Notes: a model not told the origin generated them from the letters alone. A stretch of DNA of 64,000 bases from the human T2T-CHM13v2.0 reference genome, Homo sapiens (GCF_009914755.1 NC_060929.1), one strand, 5' to 3'. Counted from the first letter of the stretch, positions 1 through 14,839 are shown. A program made the numbers and translations.

Positions 1-204
1 GCACTGTTAGGTTATACTAAGGCCTACCTGAAAGTGGTGCAGGAAACCCCAAAACTACACATGGTTCTCATAGAATCCCTTAAGTCAAAGTCAAAGTCCT
101 CTCCTGGGCCCACTGACAATTCAGGTGGACTCTGAGGAAGACAGAGAAGTGGTATGGCAGCTATAAATGAGAAACTTATCTTCATTATTGCACCTTATTG
201 CTTA

Positions 205-385
205 GACATTTTTACTGTAAAAGATCAGATAGTAAATACTTTAGGGTTTGTGGGCCACATACAGTCTTTGTCCCATATTCTCTGCTTTTGGGATTTTTTT
301 TTTTAAAAAACAATGCTTTAAAAACATTTTTAGTTTGTGGGCCATACAAAACAGGCTAAAGGCCTTCGTTAGCAAACCTTGGCTT
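205..385. mobile_element. MER58-like hAT-Charlie DNA transposon fossil
   Basis: The segment 'gatagtaaatactttagggtttgtgggccacatacagtct...gtttgtgggccatacaaaacaggc' resembles the recalled MER58B consensus. Confidence 0.65.
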
Positions 386-523
386 AGAGCAGGCTCATGA
401 TGCCTAGAAAACAATAGATAAGCAACCTGTTTTACTTAATCATTTGAAGACATTTGGGTTTTTCTTCACACTTCTTCCGACCATAAAGTCTGATTCACTA
501 GAGTCTTGTAGTTATTAGCTCAC

Positions 524-989
524 TTGTTTGAGTGCTCTCCAAGAATTCAGGAGTGAAGCTGTGTGGCCTGCTTTCTGCTGAGGCCTCAGGACCAGAAGTG
601 ATTGATTGATGTGCAAGAAGCAAATGGTCTCTTGTCTTCCACTGACTGCAATAAAACCATCAGCACTAATAAGAAAACAAGCTCCCCACTGAGAAGCCAA
701 AGGAATGGGCCTGCCTCTAGGATGGTATGATTTTGCCTTCCCCAAATAGTCATGGATTATACTTCCAATTAGCTCCAACCCTCATGGCATCCTGTACAGC
801 ATCTCTTGGGGAGATGTCTGGCCAGTTCACACATGTCAGGTGTTATATTAGTAACACACCTCCTGGTATCAATACAACAGGCCTGGTGTTTGCTTTCTGA
901 CTCATAGACATGGTTTCCATGGAACTGCAGTACATACCACCAACAATGCCCAGTCTGTTCCATGTACAGACCCTTTCAGAGTGTCTGGC
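524..989 (-). other. Candidate exon of a minus-strand, probably non-coding transcript
   Basis: Minus-strand acceptor ttttttctattctgctttag|g (AG at 991-990). Possible donors are gtg|gtatgt (exon would end at 938) or caa|gtgagc (exon would end at 524). Unique sequence; no frame stays open across the long form. Confidence 0.25.
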
Positions 990-2589
990 CTAAAGCAGAA
1001 TAGAAAAAACGAAATAATCTGAGAAAGAATTTTTAAAAAACAAACTAACAAAAAAGTCAATATAGATGTATCTCAATTGCAAATCCAAATCTCTATTCCA
1101 ACATCATAAAATGCAGACAACTATGTACAATGATATAGATAGATAAATACTATGTACAATGACATACATAGACACTATAGAATGAATTAGGCTCTAACAT
1201 ATATGCAAAGACAAAAAAATACGGTGTGTGTCTTTGACCCCGAACAGTGGTAGTATTTTATTCCAGAAGCATTATTAAAGAAGTTGATTAGCATCTCCAT
1301 AAAGATAGTTAGGTACTGACTATAGGGGAAATAAACTTCTGATGTATACTCCTCATGCTGGGGGAAAGAAGAAAAATTGTTTAGGCACGTTGTTATCTTC
1401 TCGTTTCCTTCACACCCTCCAATTCTGCTTAGCATGCAAACTACTATAGTGGACAATCTGCCAACAAACAGAAAGAAAAAGATGTGTCTATCATTCAAGT
1501 GTGAGTTTTTTGTCACGTGAGCCCAGAAGCAAGTCACTCTCTTCCTAGCAGATAAAGTTGTTCCCTGGCTATATACATGGATGTTTCCCTGTGTGCCTTG
1601 AAATCCACACAGAGTGAGTTTGCAATTGTGTTTCCAGAAAGGTGTAAGGTGAAAAATAAAAGCCCACTTCTCAGCTATTGTATTGCTGGCTTATTTTATG
1701 TGCAAAATATTATATTTAAGTAGAGCATTTGTAGAAAATTTTATATAACTTGAAAAATTCTCACTAGAATTTCTACAACATCAATGTAAATCTCATGTTG
1801 GCTTAAGATTTAAACACACACGTGAGCTACTATTGAACGGCACAAGTTTAAAACTGTCTACAAAGAAATATAATTGACTAATATGGAAGGAATATACAAC
1901 AGTACAAATGATGTAAAGTAAATTGCCCTTTAAATTATATGCACTTTAATAACTAAAAACATTGTACTGCACATAAGGGATTTTACAAGTCATAGCATTT
2001 AAACTGCTGTTCCTTAATATATCTTCCTATCTGTTTCATCTCCTTCTAAAATGCCACAACCCAATGTCCTGCAAATGCTAAGACAGGACAGATTTTGAGT
2101 TATAATGTTGGGTTCTGCCACGCACAGCTGCCTTCTTAGAATAGTACAACCCACTGCCAAAATAAATGAACAGCATCTTTTTTGTGGGACTTAAGTGTCA
2201 GAAATGCTCTAGCTCAGGTCTGCAAGTTTGATTGGTAACAGAAGCAACCCAAGGAAAAATGTGTGATGCCCGCACCCTGCTAATGGTGCTGTCTGTGCAT
2301 TTGTTATTTCGGATCTAGCTTTTCATAGGAACCATTGAATATGCAAAATGAATTTAGGGGTGCCAGAGTTAATTACACCAGCTCTATTTGATGGACAAGT
2401 TTTGTAAACAATCAGGATTCTAACTTCTCTAGACTTGAATTTGTATCCCTTTATCGAGTTAGAAATTTTGAATAAAGTATAAATAGACAGATGAGTTCAG
2501 GTCACATTTACTTGTCCAAAGATGGAACACAGATTGGTAAAGATGCTTGCACATCTATAGGCTACTGAACGTAGAAGGATTTTCACTTT

Positions 2590-2622
<33 letters not shown>

Positions 2623-2908
2623 TTGAGACAGGATCTCGCTCTGCCGTCTAGGCTGGAGTGCAGTGGTACATCATGGCTCACTGAAGCCTCGAATTCCTGG
2701 GCTCAAATGATCCTCCCACCTCAGCCTCCTGAGTAGCTGGGGCTAGAGGCCTGCACCACCACATCCAGCTAATTTCTTTTTATTTTTCATAGAGATAGGG
2801 TCTATCTATGCTGCCCAGGCTGATCTTGAACTCCGGGGCTCAAGTGGTCCTACCTCTTTGACCTCCTAAAGTGCTGGGATTACAGGCATGAGCCACTGAA
2901 CCCCACCC
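2590..2908 (-). mobile_element. AluJ
   Basis: Poly(T) tail followed by antisense Alu body with AluJ-type 'cctgggctcaa' motifs; flanked by a repeated 'attttcac'. Confidence 0.93.
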
Positions 2909-3699
2909 AATTTTCACATTTAATCGCTAGCAGTAATATTTCATTTAAATTTGGAGAGATGCCCAGGCTTTCCCTCCATGGAAAGGCAATAATAAAGTTT
3001 AGTTCTTGGGCAGGCTCTTCAGAACTCCTAGGTTGTAACTGACTTCTGTTAAATTTTCTTCCACACATGTCTTCAACAATAACTACCACTTTGTTGTCCT
3101 CGAAGTGACAAGGTAGTTAGTTGGATGCAACATAAAAAAGTTTAATTTTTTTCCATGTAATACACAGTGCCCTAAAGATATTTAGCATCATTGCATCTTG
3201 CCAAAACCAAATATTCTTCACATTCCCCTCAAGTTACTTACGACCAGCTCCATACACATCATCCCCCCATACAAATTCATCCATATTGCCACAAAAGTAC
3301 TCATCTCACATTTAACACCTAGCAATGGACACTCAACACTCAGAAGTTACAAAACCAGGCAGGTGCTCCTCTCCTAGATGACAGTAGACTCCAGTAAGTT
3401 TTCTGTTTTCTAGGGGTTGAATGTCCAGGTTGCCACTCTTCCTTTGGCCACTTGCCTCCTGGCCCTTCATTACCCATTTGCACCTTCACCAGAGCTTGTG
3501 CAAGAGAACTAAGTGAAGTTAAAATTCAGATCTGCCAATCTTGGTTTTTCTTAGATACTTCCTGGTAAAGGAGTTGGCCATGAAGAATGCTGAAATGTCT
3601 CGATCATTAAAAAATATGTCATCTATGGATTGCAGGCATTCATGTTAGTGACTACAAAAAGTTACACATTTTATAAAGGAGCAACATATTCCTACAACC

Positions 3700-3860
3700 T
3701 AGGAGGAATGTTGGAGTCAGGATTCAAAGAAAATTAATCAAGAACCAGAATGTGGAGGAAGTTGAAAACTGTGTTACTGCATCTAGAAGAGAAAAGGCTC
3801 AATGTTGTCTCTCGATCTGCAATATGAAGGAGTCGTATTGGATGAGAGCCACAGTTCCCT
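3700..3860 (+). mobile_element. Possible L3/CR1 fragment
   Basis: Degenerate similarity to recalled CR1 ('gaggaagttgaaaactgtgttactgcatctagaagagaaaaggctca'). Confidence 0.3.
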
Positions 3861-4039
3861 CCAGTTGTAACTTTCTATACTTTTAATGGCTAAATATATG
3901 ATTGATTATTATTTGTTCTGGTATGGAGTGGTAATTATGAGAAAAGAACCTGGACATCAAGGGCAAGACTATCTTACTTTTTTCCTCTGCCAGGAAACTG
4001 CTCTAAGGTTGCCAAAAATATCCTAGCAGTCACTGTGAA

Positions 4040-5290
4040 TCCATCAACCTCTATTTACAGGAACACCTACTATGTACCAGGCACTATTTCAGGAGCCCAG
4101 GATATAAAGATGAATAAGACCCAGTCCCTGCCACCTAGGATCCCAGAATCTGGCAAGGGAGACACATGTAAAACCTATCCCAGTAAGAGCTCTGCTTGAG
4201 ATGATGTGTGAGATGCTATGAGTTGCATGAGAGTGCAACTAACTCTAAGGATCTGAAAAGGTTTCTCCTGATGTTTTTGTCAGGTCTTAAGGAATAAGGT
4301 CAGGGTGTTCCAGGCAGAGAAAAGGAAGAAAGGGCATTCCTGGGAAAAGTGATGAGTGAGGAATGGCAGAAAGAGGGGCAGCTTGTGTGGCTGCCGTTGA
4401 GTGAGAAGGTGAGGAGAGCAAAGAGACCAGAAGGTGAAGAGAGAAAAGTGAAACGTTGGTTTCAAGAGTTTAAAGCATCTTTTATAGCCCACTAATTAAT
4501 TTGATGTCATCTCTAAAGCCATGGGTCTCAATTGGTGGTAAGTAGTCATTGCAAGGCATTCACCAATCCACCAATCATTGTCTCCAGATTGAATACATGT
4601 TATCTTTCCAAATATATATTACTATTGGTTCAATGTAAGCAAATTCCATGCTTATTAATCCAAAAAAATTTAACATTATTGCTGGATTCAGAGTAGGTTT
4701 TGGTTTACATAATTTCTCAATTAATATATATGTGGGTATCCACAATGTTTCTTGACATGAAAAAACCAATGAACCGTTGTTTTGGGTAACAGCAAATGGT
4801 TACACATTTTAAAACAGAAATGTAGGATGATCAGATTGTTATTTTAGAATGATCACTCTAAACAGATGTTGGCGATGGATCTAAGGGGAATGGAAGGAAA
4901 AGCGAGGATATTGGTTAGAAAGCTGATCGACGTGAACAATAATTAGGACCTCTGACAGTGAAGGGGAGTGAGAGAGGAGACAATCAACACAGGAGGTATG
5001 TAGAAAGTAAAAATAAAAAGAGTTTCAACAAATTTAACATGAAAGAGAGAGAAGAAAGGCGGAGTGAGGACCACCCCCAAGTTTCAAGTTTAGACTGTGA
5101 AGTGGGAATGGAAATAGAATATGTAGGAAGTAGGATTGTTGGAGAAGATAATAAATTTGGTTTGAGATATATTCATTTAGGGTTCCTGAGGGACAGAGAA
5201 GACAAATCCTTAGTAAGAGCTGAGAAATGTGAGTTGGAACCCCAGGAAAGAGGCAGAGGCCACAGATAAAGATACAATAGAGTAATAGCT
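4040..5290 (-). mobile_element. L2 fragments (interrupted)
   Basis: 'cacctactatgtaccaggcact...gatgaataagacccagtccctgcc' is the antisense L2 3' end; a purine-rich L2 body follows. Confidence 0.75.
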
Positions 5291-5735
5291 GTGATCTGTG
5301 GCATATACATGGAAGATGCACAAATCTCTTTGAAACAACTAGCACTTTTCTTTTGCTCCCTTTTCCTCACCCCCTTTTCCATTCTACTGCCTAGCATTCT
5401 AATGGTTACTTTGGATTCTGATAATGAGTGCCACACCCTAGGCATGTGGAGCAGAAGGCTGGGGAGAGCCTGGGTTCTGAGGACTTTGTGGAACACAACT
5501 GTCATCCTAACCTTGGATGTCTTTGGACTCTTTTTTGAGAAAGAAAGGAATGTCTCTTTTGTAAGTTGCTGTGATTTTTCCTTTATTTCATGCATTGAAC
5601 CAAATCCTAATTAATTCATAGTATGTGCTGAGAATTATATTTTTCCTGTATCATATGTTCTCAGAATCAAGGAATCAGAGAGGAGATAAGAGTGTAACAT
5701 TTCAACATTCTAGAAAACTGGACTAGAAAGTATAC

Positions 5736-6111
5736 TGATATGGTTTGGCTCTGTGTCCCCACCCAAATCTCATCTCTAATTGCAATCCCCATAATCCCCA
5801 TGTGTTGAGGAAGGGACCTAGTGGGAGGCGATAGGATCATGGGGGTGGTTCCCCCGCCCCATGCTGTTCTCTTGATAGTGAGTGAGTTCTCACCAGAACT
5901 GATGGTTTTGTAAGTGTCTGACAGTTCCTCTTTCACATGCTGTCTCTTGCCTGCTGCCATGTAAGATGTGCCTCCTTCCCCTTCCACCATAATTATAAGT
6001 TTCCTGAGGCCTCCCAGCCATATGGACCTGTGAGTCAATCAAACCTCTTTGCTTTATAAATTTTTCAGTCTCAGGTATTTCTTTATAGCAGTATGAGAAC
6101 AAACTAATACA
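5736..6111 (+). mobile_element. THE1/MST-class MaLR solo LTR (THE1C/D-like)
   Basis: Starts 'tgatatggtttggctctgtgtccccacccaaatctc', ends 'actaataca'; perfect 5-bp TSD TATAC at 5731-5735 and 6112-6116. Confidence 0.92.
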
Positions 6112-6794
6112 TATACCTAGCATCTTCATTCTTGAGAAGGGGAATCCATCTGCTGAAGAAGATAGTGAAAGGGACAAGGCAATCACCACCCAGTCTGTTG
6201 GCCAATACCAGATCTGGATCTATCTCTTCCTATTTCACAATAACTGAAAAGGTAAAATAAATAAAATGAAATAACTATTTATATAAAGTTTTAAACCAGG
6301 CAAAACTAATAGATGGTGACAGCAGTCAGGATATAGTGATTACTTTAGGAGTGGTAACTGGGAGAGGGTGTGAGGTATGCTTCTCTCACGCTCGCACTGT
6401 GCTCTTTCATGATTTGAGTGGTAGTTACATTTTGAGAAAATTCATGGAGCAGTCCATTTATATGTTATATATAGTTTTATATATGTAAGTTATTAAGCAA
6501 CAAAACATTTATAAAAATAAATATAAAATAAGAGAAAGAATGAGAGAAAATTTTTTGCTGAAACAGGCATCTGAAAACTATGAATATTTGATAAAGCTAT
6601 TTGGCATCATCAATAAGACGTAAGGGGATATGTACTTTATGAAACAAGACCAGAAAACTATGAGTAGTAAACAGGCTGGGATGAAAAGAAAGCTGCTTGA
6701 GATTTTAAAACATTTTAAAATAAAAAACGTAATAGTAGACGTGACATATGCATCACAGCCCCAAAAGTGTACAATTGACATTCTTGATAACAGA

Positions 6795-9563
6795 GTGGGG
6801 GCAGAGCAAGATGGCAGAATAGAAGACCCCCACTGATCATCCCCCCTGCAGGAACATCAAATTCAACAACTGTCTACACACAAAAAAAGCACCTTCATTA
6901 GGACCAAAAATCAGGTGAGCACTCACAGTACTTGGTAAGAGGCACTGAAGAGGGTAGGAAAGACAGTCTTCAATCACCAACATTACCCCTCCCCCATCTG
7001 CCACCCCAACAGTGGCAGCGTTGCATGGAGAGAGGCTCTACACTTGGGAGAGGGAAGTGCAGCGGATTGTGAGGCTTTGCACTGAACTCAGTGCTGCCCT
7101 ATTATGGTGGAAAACAAAACTGGGCTTAATTCAGCTAGTACCTGCTCATGGAGGAAGTATTCAGACCAGCCCAAGTCAGAGGAGAATTGCCCATCCCAGT
7201 GGTCAGAACTTCAAGAACTTCAGTTCTGGCAAGCCCTGCCACTGTAGGCTGCAGTGCCCAGGGGCCCTAAGTAAATTTGAACGGCACTCTAGCCCACAAG
7301 GACTGTAAGTCCTAGTGCTGAGCTGGGTTGAGAGCCAGTGGAGTTGGGAGGCATGAGACTTACTGAGACACCAGCCGGAGAAGCTAAGGGAGTTCTTGCA
7401 CCACTCCTCACCCAACCCCAGGCAACACAGCTAGCAGCTCCAAAAGAGACGTATTGCTTCCACTTGAGGAGAGGAGAGGGAAGAGTAAAGAGGACTTTTG
7501 ACTTACATCTTGGATACCAGCTCAGCTACAGTAGGATAGGACAACAGTCAGAATCCTGAGGCCCCTATTCCAGGTCCTAGCTCCTGGACAGCATGTCTAG
7601 ATACACCCTAAACCAGAAGGGAAACTGTTGCCTTGAAGGGAAGGACCAAGTTTTAGCAGGATCCATCACCTACTGACTAAAAAGCCCTTGGGCCTGAATA
7701 ACAAGCAGCAATACCAAGTAGCATGACACAGGCCTTAGGTGAGACTCTGAGATGTGCTGTCTTCAGGTACCAGCTCAGCCACAGTGGGGTAGAGAAGCAG
7801 GCAGTCTCCTGGGGTCCCTGATTCCAAGACTTGGCTACTGGCTGGCATTTCTAGACCTTCCCTGAGCCAAAAGACAGCCCACTGCACTGAAGGGTGAGTC
7901 CTGGGCCTGTTAGCATTCACTACAAGCTGCCTGAAGAGTCCTTGGGCCTTAAGGGAGCATCAATGGTTACCTGGCATTACTCTCAGTGGGCCTGTGGTGG
8001 TAGTGGCCATGGGGTGAGGCTCCTCTGCCTGTGCAAAGTAGGGGGAAGAGTGAGAAGGACTGTGTCTAGTGGTTTGAGGGCCAGCTCAGCCACTAAGGTT
8101 TTTAACTCCAGTCTCTAGCTCCTGGATAGCATCTCTGGACCTGCCTAGGACCTGGGAGAACTCGACACCTTGAAGGGAAGGACACGAGTCTGGCTGGTTT
8201 CAACACCTGCTGATTGTAGAGCCCCAGGGCCTTGAGCAAACATAGGCAATAGCCAGGTAGTGGTTACAGCAGGCCTTGGGCAAGACTCAATGTTGTGCTG
8301 GCTTCAGGTCTGATCCAACACAGTCCCAGTGGAGGCCACAGGGTGCTTGTGTCACCCCACCCACAGTCCCAAGCAGCTCAGCACAAATAAAAAGACTCCA
8401 TTTGCTTGGAAGGAAGTAAGGGAAAAGAACAAGACTCTCCGCGTGGTAATCCAGAGAACTCTTCCAGATCTTATCCAAGACCACCAAGACGGTACCTCTG
8501 AGTCTGCAAGAACCACAGCATTACTGCTCATGAGGTGCCTCCTAATGCAGTTATGGCTTAGATCACAATGCCCAATTCCTTTCAAATACCTGGAAAGCGT
8601 TTCCAAGGAGGACAGGTACAAACAAGCCCAGACTGCGAAGACTATAATAAATACCTAACTCTTCAATGCTCAGGCACCAGTGAACATCAACAAGCATCAA
8701 TACCATCCAGGAAAACATGACCTCACCAAATGAACTAAATAAGGACCCAGGGACCAATCTTGGAGAAACAGAAATATGTGACCTTTCAGAGAAAAGGAAA
8801 TCTTTATACACTGTTGGTGGGAATGTAAATTAGTACAACCTCTATGGAGAACTAAAAACTAAAAATAGAGCTATTATACGATCCAGCAATCTTTCTGCTA
8901 GGTTTATACCCAAAAGAAAAGAAATCACATTACTGAAGATATATCTGCACTCCCATGTTTACTGCACAATAGCCAGTTTGGAAGCAACCTAAGTGTCTAT
9001 CAACAGATGGATAGATAAAATGAGGTACATATACACAATGGAGTACTATTCAGCTATAAAAAAGAATGAGATCCCACCATTTGCAACAGCATGGATGGAA
9101 TTGGAGGTCATTATGTTAAGTGAAATAAGCCAGGCACAGAAAGGAAGTCTTCACATGTTCTCAGTTATTTGTGGGAGCTAAAAATTAAAATAATTGAACT
9201 CATGGAGATAAGAGACTAGAAGGATGTTTACCATAGGCTGGGAAGGGTAGTCGGGGATTGGAGGGAACTGAGGATGGTTAATGGGTATGAAAAGCAGTTA
9301 GAAAAAATAAATAAGTATTTTGTAGCACAATAGGGTGACTACAGTCAAAAATAATTTAATTGTACACTTAAAAATAACTAAAAGATTATAATTGGATTGT
9401 GTGTAACACAAAGGAGAAACGTTGGAGGTGATAGATACCCCATTTACCCTAATGTGATTATTACACATTACATGCCTGTATCAGAATGTCTCATGTAACC
9501 CATAAATACATACACCTAGTATGTTTCCACAAAAATTAAAAATTAATTTAAAAAATAAAAATA
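6795..9563 (+). mobile_element. L1MA-type LINE-1 with 5' UTR and 3' end but most of ORF1/ORF2 deleted
   Basis: 5' end 'gggggcagagcaagatggcagaatagaag' (L1 YY1-type motif). ORF1 start region 'atgacctcaccaaatgaac' joins at about 8790 to the ORF2 C-terminal region 'tacactgttggtgggaatgtaaattagtac'. L1MA-like 3' UTR and A-rich tail. Confidence 0.85.
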
Positions 9564-10122
9564 AGAAAACAGAATGAGAGTATAGAAGATAAGGTTGTAA
9601 TTTTTTTCAATTTTGAGAAGGCAAACTAACTAGAAAAAAATTTTAATTCCTTACCTTATGCCATTTGCCAAAACTCCTTCTAAATATACATTAAATGGGC
9701 AAACTGATAAAAATTAATGATTGATATAAAGGAAGAACCTGGGATCCAATCTCAAAAATAGTCATGTTTCTGAAAATGGATCCAGAACAACTGTACAAAA
9801 CAGACAAATATATAACAGAAAAAAACTTTCCTGAATTTAAGAGTGACTTAAATTTGAAGATTAAAAATGTCTCATTTTTTTCCAGGTAAAACCAATATAA
9901 AGAAACCAAAATATAGACATATCATGGCAAAATGTTTAAAAGTAAAAAAAAAAAAAAAGACTAAATAATTAAGTTTGTTGGAAAAAGAGAGAGACACAAG
10001 ACCATTATTCAGGAGTAAAAAGTAGATTTATCACAGAAAAAAAAAGTCATGCTTTTATCACAAAACAGAAGGACATTCTATGATGTGCAAAGGCTTAAAT
10101 TCTTCATTCATGCATTTATTCA

Positions 10123-10524
<402 letters not shown>

Positions 10525-10995
10525 TCAAAAACAGGAGAAAGTGACATATGAAAGGATCAGTGATGAGAACAAAAATCAGTTTAGCAGAGTTAAGATTAAA
10601 TCACAGTTACAAAAATGAATACGAAACTATATGCAAAATAAAATTGAAATGGTTAAAAAATTAAAGCTGGGACAATGATCTTAGGTAAATGCAGCCATCA
10701 AAACCAGAGGTGACAATATTAATTTCAAACACAGTAGAGTCAAAACAAAAACCACTACAATGAACCAGAAGAATCATACTCTTTTACAAGTATCAACAAT
10801 CCTCAACTGTTATGCGCTAAGTAACACAGCATTGAAATACTTAAGATAGAAACTCTTAAAAACTCTGAGGAGAAATTAACAGACATACAACAATGGTAAG
10901 TTTTTTGATAAATCAGGTACACTTTTAAAATAATGTGATAAATTTCAGGATTAAATAATTGCATTACAAATGAAATCATTAAAAAAACCTAGGAG

Positions 10996-11160
10996 AGCCA
11001 GGTTCAGTAGTATGTGCCTGCTGTCCCAGCTTCTTGGGAGGCTGAAGCAAGAGAATCGCTAGTGGCCAAGGAGTTTGAGGCTGTAGTGTGCTACGATCAT
11101 GCCTCTGAATAGCCACTGCACTCCAGTCTGAGCAACATAGTGAGGCCCTGTCTGTACAAA
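10996..11160 (+). mobile_element. FAM (fossil Alu monomer)
   Basis: Single monomer with the FAM/7SL-type segment 'gtagtgtgctacgatcatgcctctgaatagccactgcactcc'. Confidence 0.8.
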
Positions 11161-11411
11161 CAAGGGAGGTGAGGGGAGAAAATATAGGTGAAGAATTAAC
11201 TATCTGGGAATAGGTAGACCTAAAACAATGGAAGAGACAACAAAGGGAAAGTGACAGATTAACCTACATTGTTTGAATATAAGTAAATAAAAAGAACAAA
11301 CAAAATTAAAAGGTTAATGGCATACTAGAAAAACTACAACAAATAGGATAGACAAAAAACTAAATATATAAAGTTTCCTTATAAAAAAATATCAAAAGCT
11401 CTAGCTCCATG

Positions 11412-11700
11412 CTAGTGCTGTCCAGTTGAACTTTCCACTATGATGGAAACGTTCTGAATCTGCACTGTCCAATATGGTAGCCACTACTCACAAGAGCACT
11501 TGAGATGTAGCTAGTGCCAATGTTGAAATGATAATATTTGGGGTGTATTTAGTTAAATATATTGTATTATTAAGATTTTTATTACTAAAATAATTTTATT
11601 ATTAAATTTTATTTTACCTGTTTTTTTTACTTGTTTAATGTGGCCACAAGAAAATTTGAAATTACATACACGGTTTGCATTAGGTCTCTATGCAGTACTG
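11412..11700. mobile_element. MER3/MER33-like hAT-Charlie DNA transposon fossil
   Basis: 'gtgctgtccagttgaactttcc...ctgcactgtccaatatggtagccact' and 'ttaatgtggccacaagaaaatttgaaattacat' match recalled consensus segments. Confidence 0.75.
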
Positions 11701-12749
11701 TTCTAGAATAATGATCAAGGAAACAATGAGAAAATTCACAAAAGAAGAAATACAAACAGCCAATAAACTATGAAAAAAAGTTCCACCTCACTTATAATCC
11801 AAGAAATACAAATTAAAACAAGATACTATGTTTTCTCTATCAAATAGACAAAGTTTAAAAAAAATACTCATTGTTGGCAAGCATTCCATAAAATGGGCAC
11901 TCTCATACACTGCTGGTGGGAGTATAAATTGCTTCAACCTTTCTGGAATGGCATTTGGCAATCTGAATCAAGAGCCTTAAAAATTCTTATATTCTTTGAC
12001 CTAGTGTCTCTATTTCTAGGAATTCAGCCCAAAGAAATAATTTTTTAATGTGGTTAAAGTTTTATATATATATAAAGACATTCATCACAGTGCTATTTCT
12101 AATAGTGAAAGATTGGAAACAACCTCAAAAGCCAATAATAGAGAAATTGTTAAATTATGGTACTTCTACTTTGTTAATAGTCCATAGCCTTAAAAAGTTT
12201 TTTCTAATATTTCCTAGTTATGAGGAAAATGTTCACAACAAAGAGTGAAAAAAGCAGAGCTTATTATACAATATAATCATACAGAATACTGTAAGCATAT
12301 ATAAAAAATGCATATAAAAACACTTTATTTCATAAAAGTAAGATCATAATTTCATATTTTCTAGCACATGTCATAGTTAGGATCAAGGTTAAGTAACACA
12401 AAAAAGGTTACAAGTGGTTATCTCTGCGGGTAAGATTTTTAATTTTCACCTTCATACTTTTCTGGGCTTTTTTTCCCCCGAAGTTCTTATGACTGTATTT
12501 TTACTACAAAAATCAGAAAAGTATTAATAATTTCGTTAAAGTATTTAATGCTACATCAATGCTCACCTTCTCTCTTAGGTTTCAGGTCCTCTATAAACTG
12601 GGTCCCTTTTCCCTTCCAAACTTACTTCCCACTGCTCCACATTAGTCATGTCCCAGTTCCCTCTATGGGATATCTGTCCTCACCTCCCTTCCCTAATGTG
12701 GTGCCGTCTAACTTCCCACTGAGCACCAGGCAGTGTCGCAATGGAAATG

Positions 12750-13090
12750 TTCACAGACACTCTCATTTATCCTGCCTAACAATCCTGAAAGGTAGAGATT
12801 ATTATCTGCACTTTAAAGATAGAGGAAGGCAAGGAAACAGTGTTTGTTCCACTAAATGACAATTTTCCACCCACTTTTTCTCTTACTTTCTCCTATACAA
12901 ATGTTTTTGGCTCAGTTGTGCCATTTTCTTGCAGGGTGACCTCGGGCAAGCTCCTTTACTTTTTTAAGGCTCAGGTTCCTCATGTGTAAATGGGGGAAAC
13001 AATGGTACAAATATCATAGAGCTGGTGTGAAGATGAACAGAAATGACCTACTCAGTCCATTTGGCACACACAGTGCCTGGCCTGCCATAT
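12750..13090. mobile_element. Two MIR fragments in opposite orientations
   Basis: MIR cores 'aggtagagattattatctgcacttt' and 'ctcaggttcctcatgtgtaaatggg'. Confidence 0.65.
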
Positions 13091-13664
13091 TATCACTACT
13101 ACCTCAGGTCCCTCCTTGCACTCCAACCCCTCAGACCCAGGCCCTTCTTGTACTTGGTACTTGGTTGTTTTGCGTGTATTAGCTTCAAATCCTCAACTAC
13201 TCAACAAGTTTCCAACAGGAAGAGACAGTGCCTTCTCCTCCTCCTCCATCTCCCACCACATCGAGTGCTATGGAATGTTCTGTCTGGAATCAATAAATAT
13301 CTAATTGTTTGAATAATCAGTAGCATTGTTTCTTATGCCAACTCCTGGACAAACTTTTCCATAAATTCTCTTACAGAGTGAGCAGCCAACCATGTGGATT
13401 TGATGGATGTCTCCCAGATATGTTCTTATTTGCCAGCCAAAGACGGAGGAGAGGCCTGTCTACTTTATTCAAGCAAACTTAAACAACCTGCATGTTGTCA
13501 TGAGCTGGATACCCACACTGCATTCCTTAGTAGGCTCCCGACGAATACCAATTTTCTAGCTAACTGCTTTCCTTGCCTTCCCATCCTAAGCCCAAACATC
13601 ACTTGCTAGATTTCAGTGAGATAGAGCATCTCCGTAAGGAAACTTAGATAAGCCACGTCTGACA

Positions 13665-13731
13665 AAATCCTTAAGGATTTCCCTTATTCCTTATGGATTA
13701 AGAAATCCTTAACCCATAAGGAATAAGGGAA
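13665..13731. repeat. Palindrome plus 24-bp inverted repeat
   Basis: aaatccttaaggattt (13665-13680) is a perfect palindrome. 13679-13702 pairs with 13708-13731 at 23/24 positions. Confidence 0.9.
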
Positions 13732-13898
13732 CTCCACAAGGAAACTTTTGTAAGAGATTTCATGAGAAATGCCAGGCCTGCCTTTGGGTCAATGCACACT
13801 CACTCCCATCTCCTACAACCTGTGGCTGCAGTACTCACTACCGGCCAGTTGCAATCCAAGATCGGAATGTTGAGTCTGACATGCTGCGACGTTTATAA

Positions 13899-14839
<941 letters not shown>

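Larger units (their letters stand above)
10560..12500 (+). mobile_element. Old L1M (L1ME/MC-like) fragments
   Basis: A-rich degenerate ORF2 and 3' sequence such as 'cactctcatacactgctggtgggagtataaattg'; interrupted by FAM and MER elements. Confidence 0.7.

Noticed and set aside
7012-8811. Cluster of short ORFs
   Set aside because: They lie in the GC-richer L1 5' UTR and ORF1 start.
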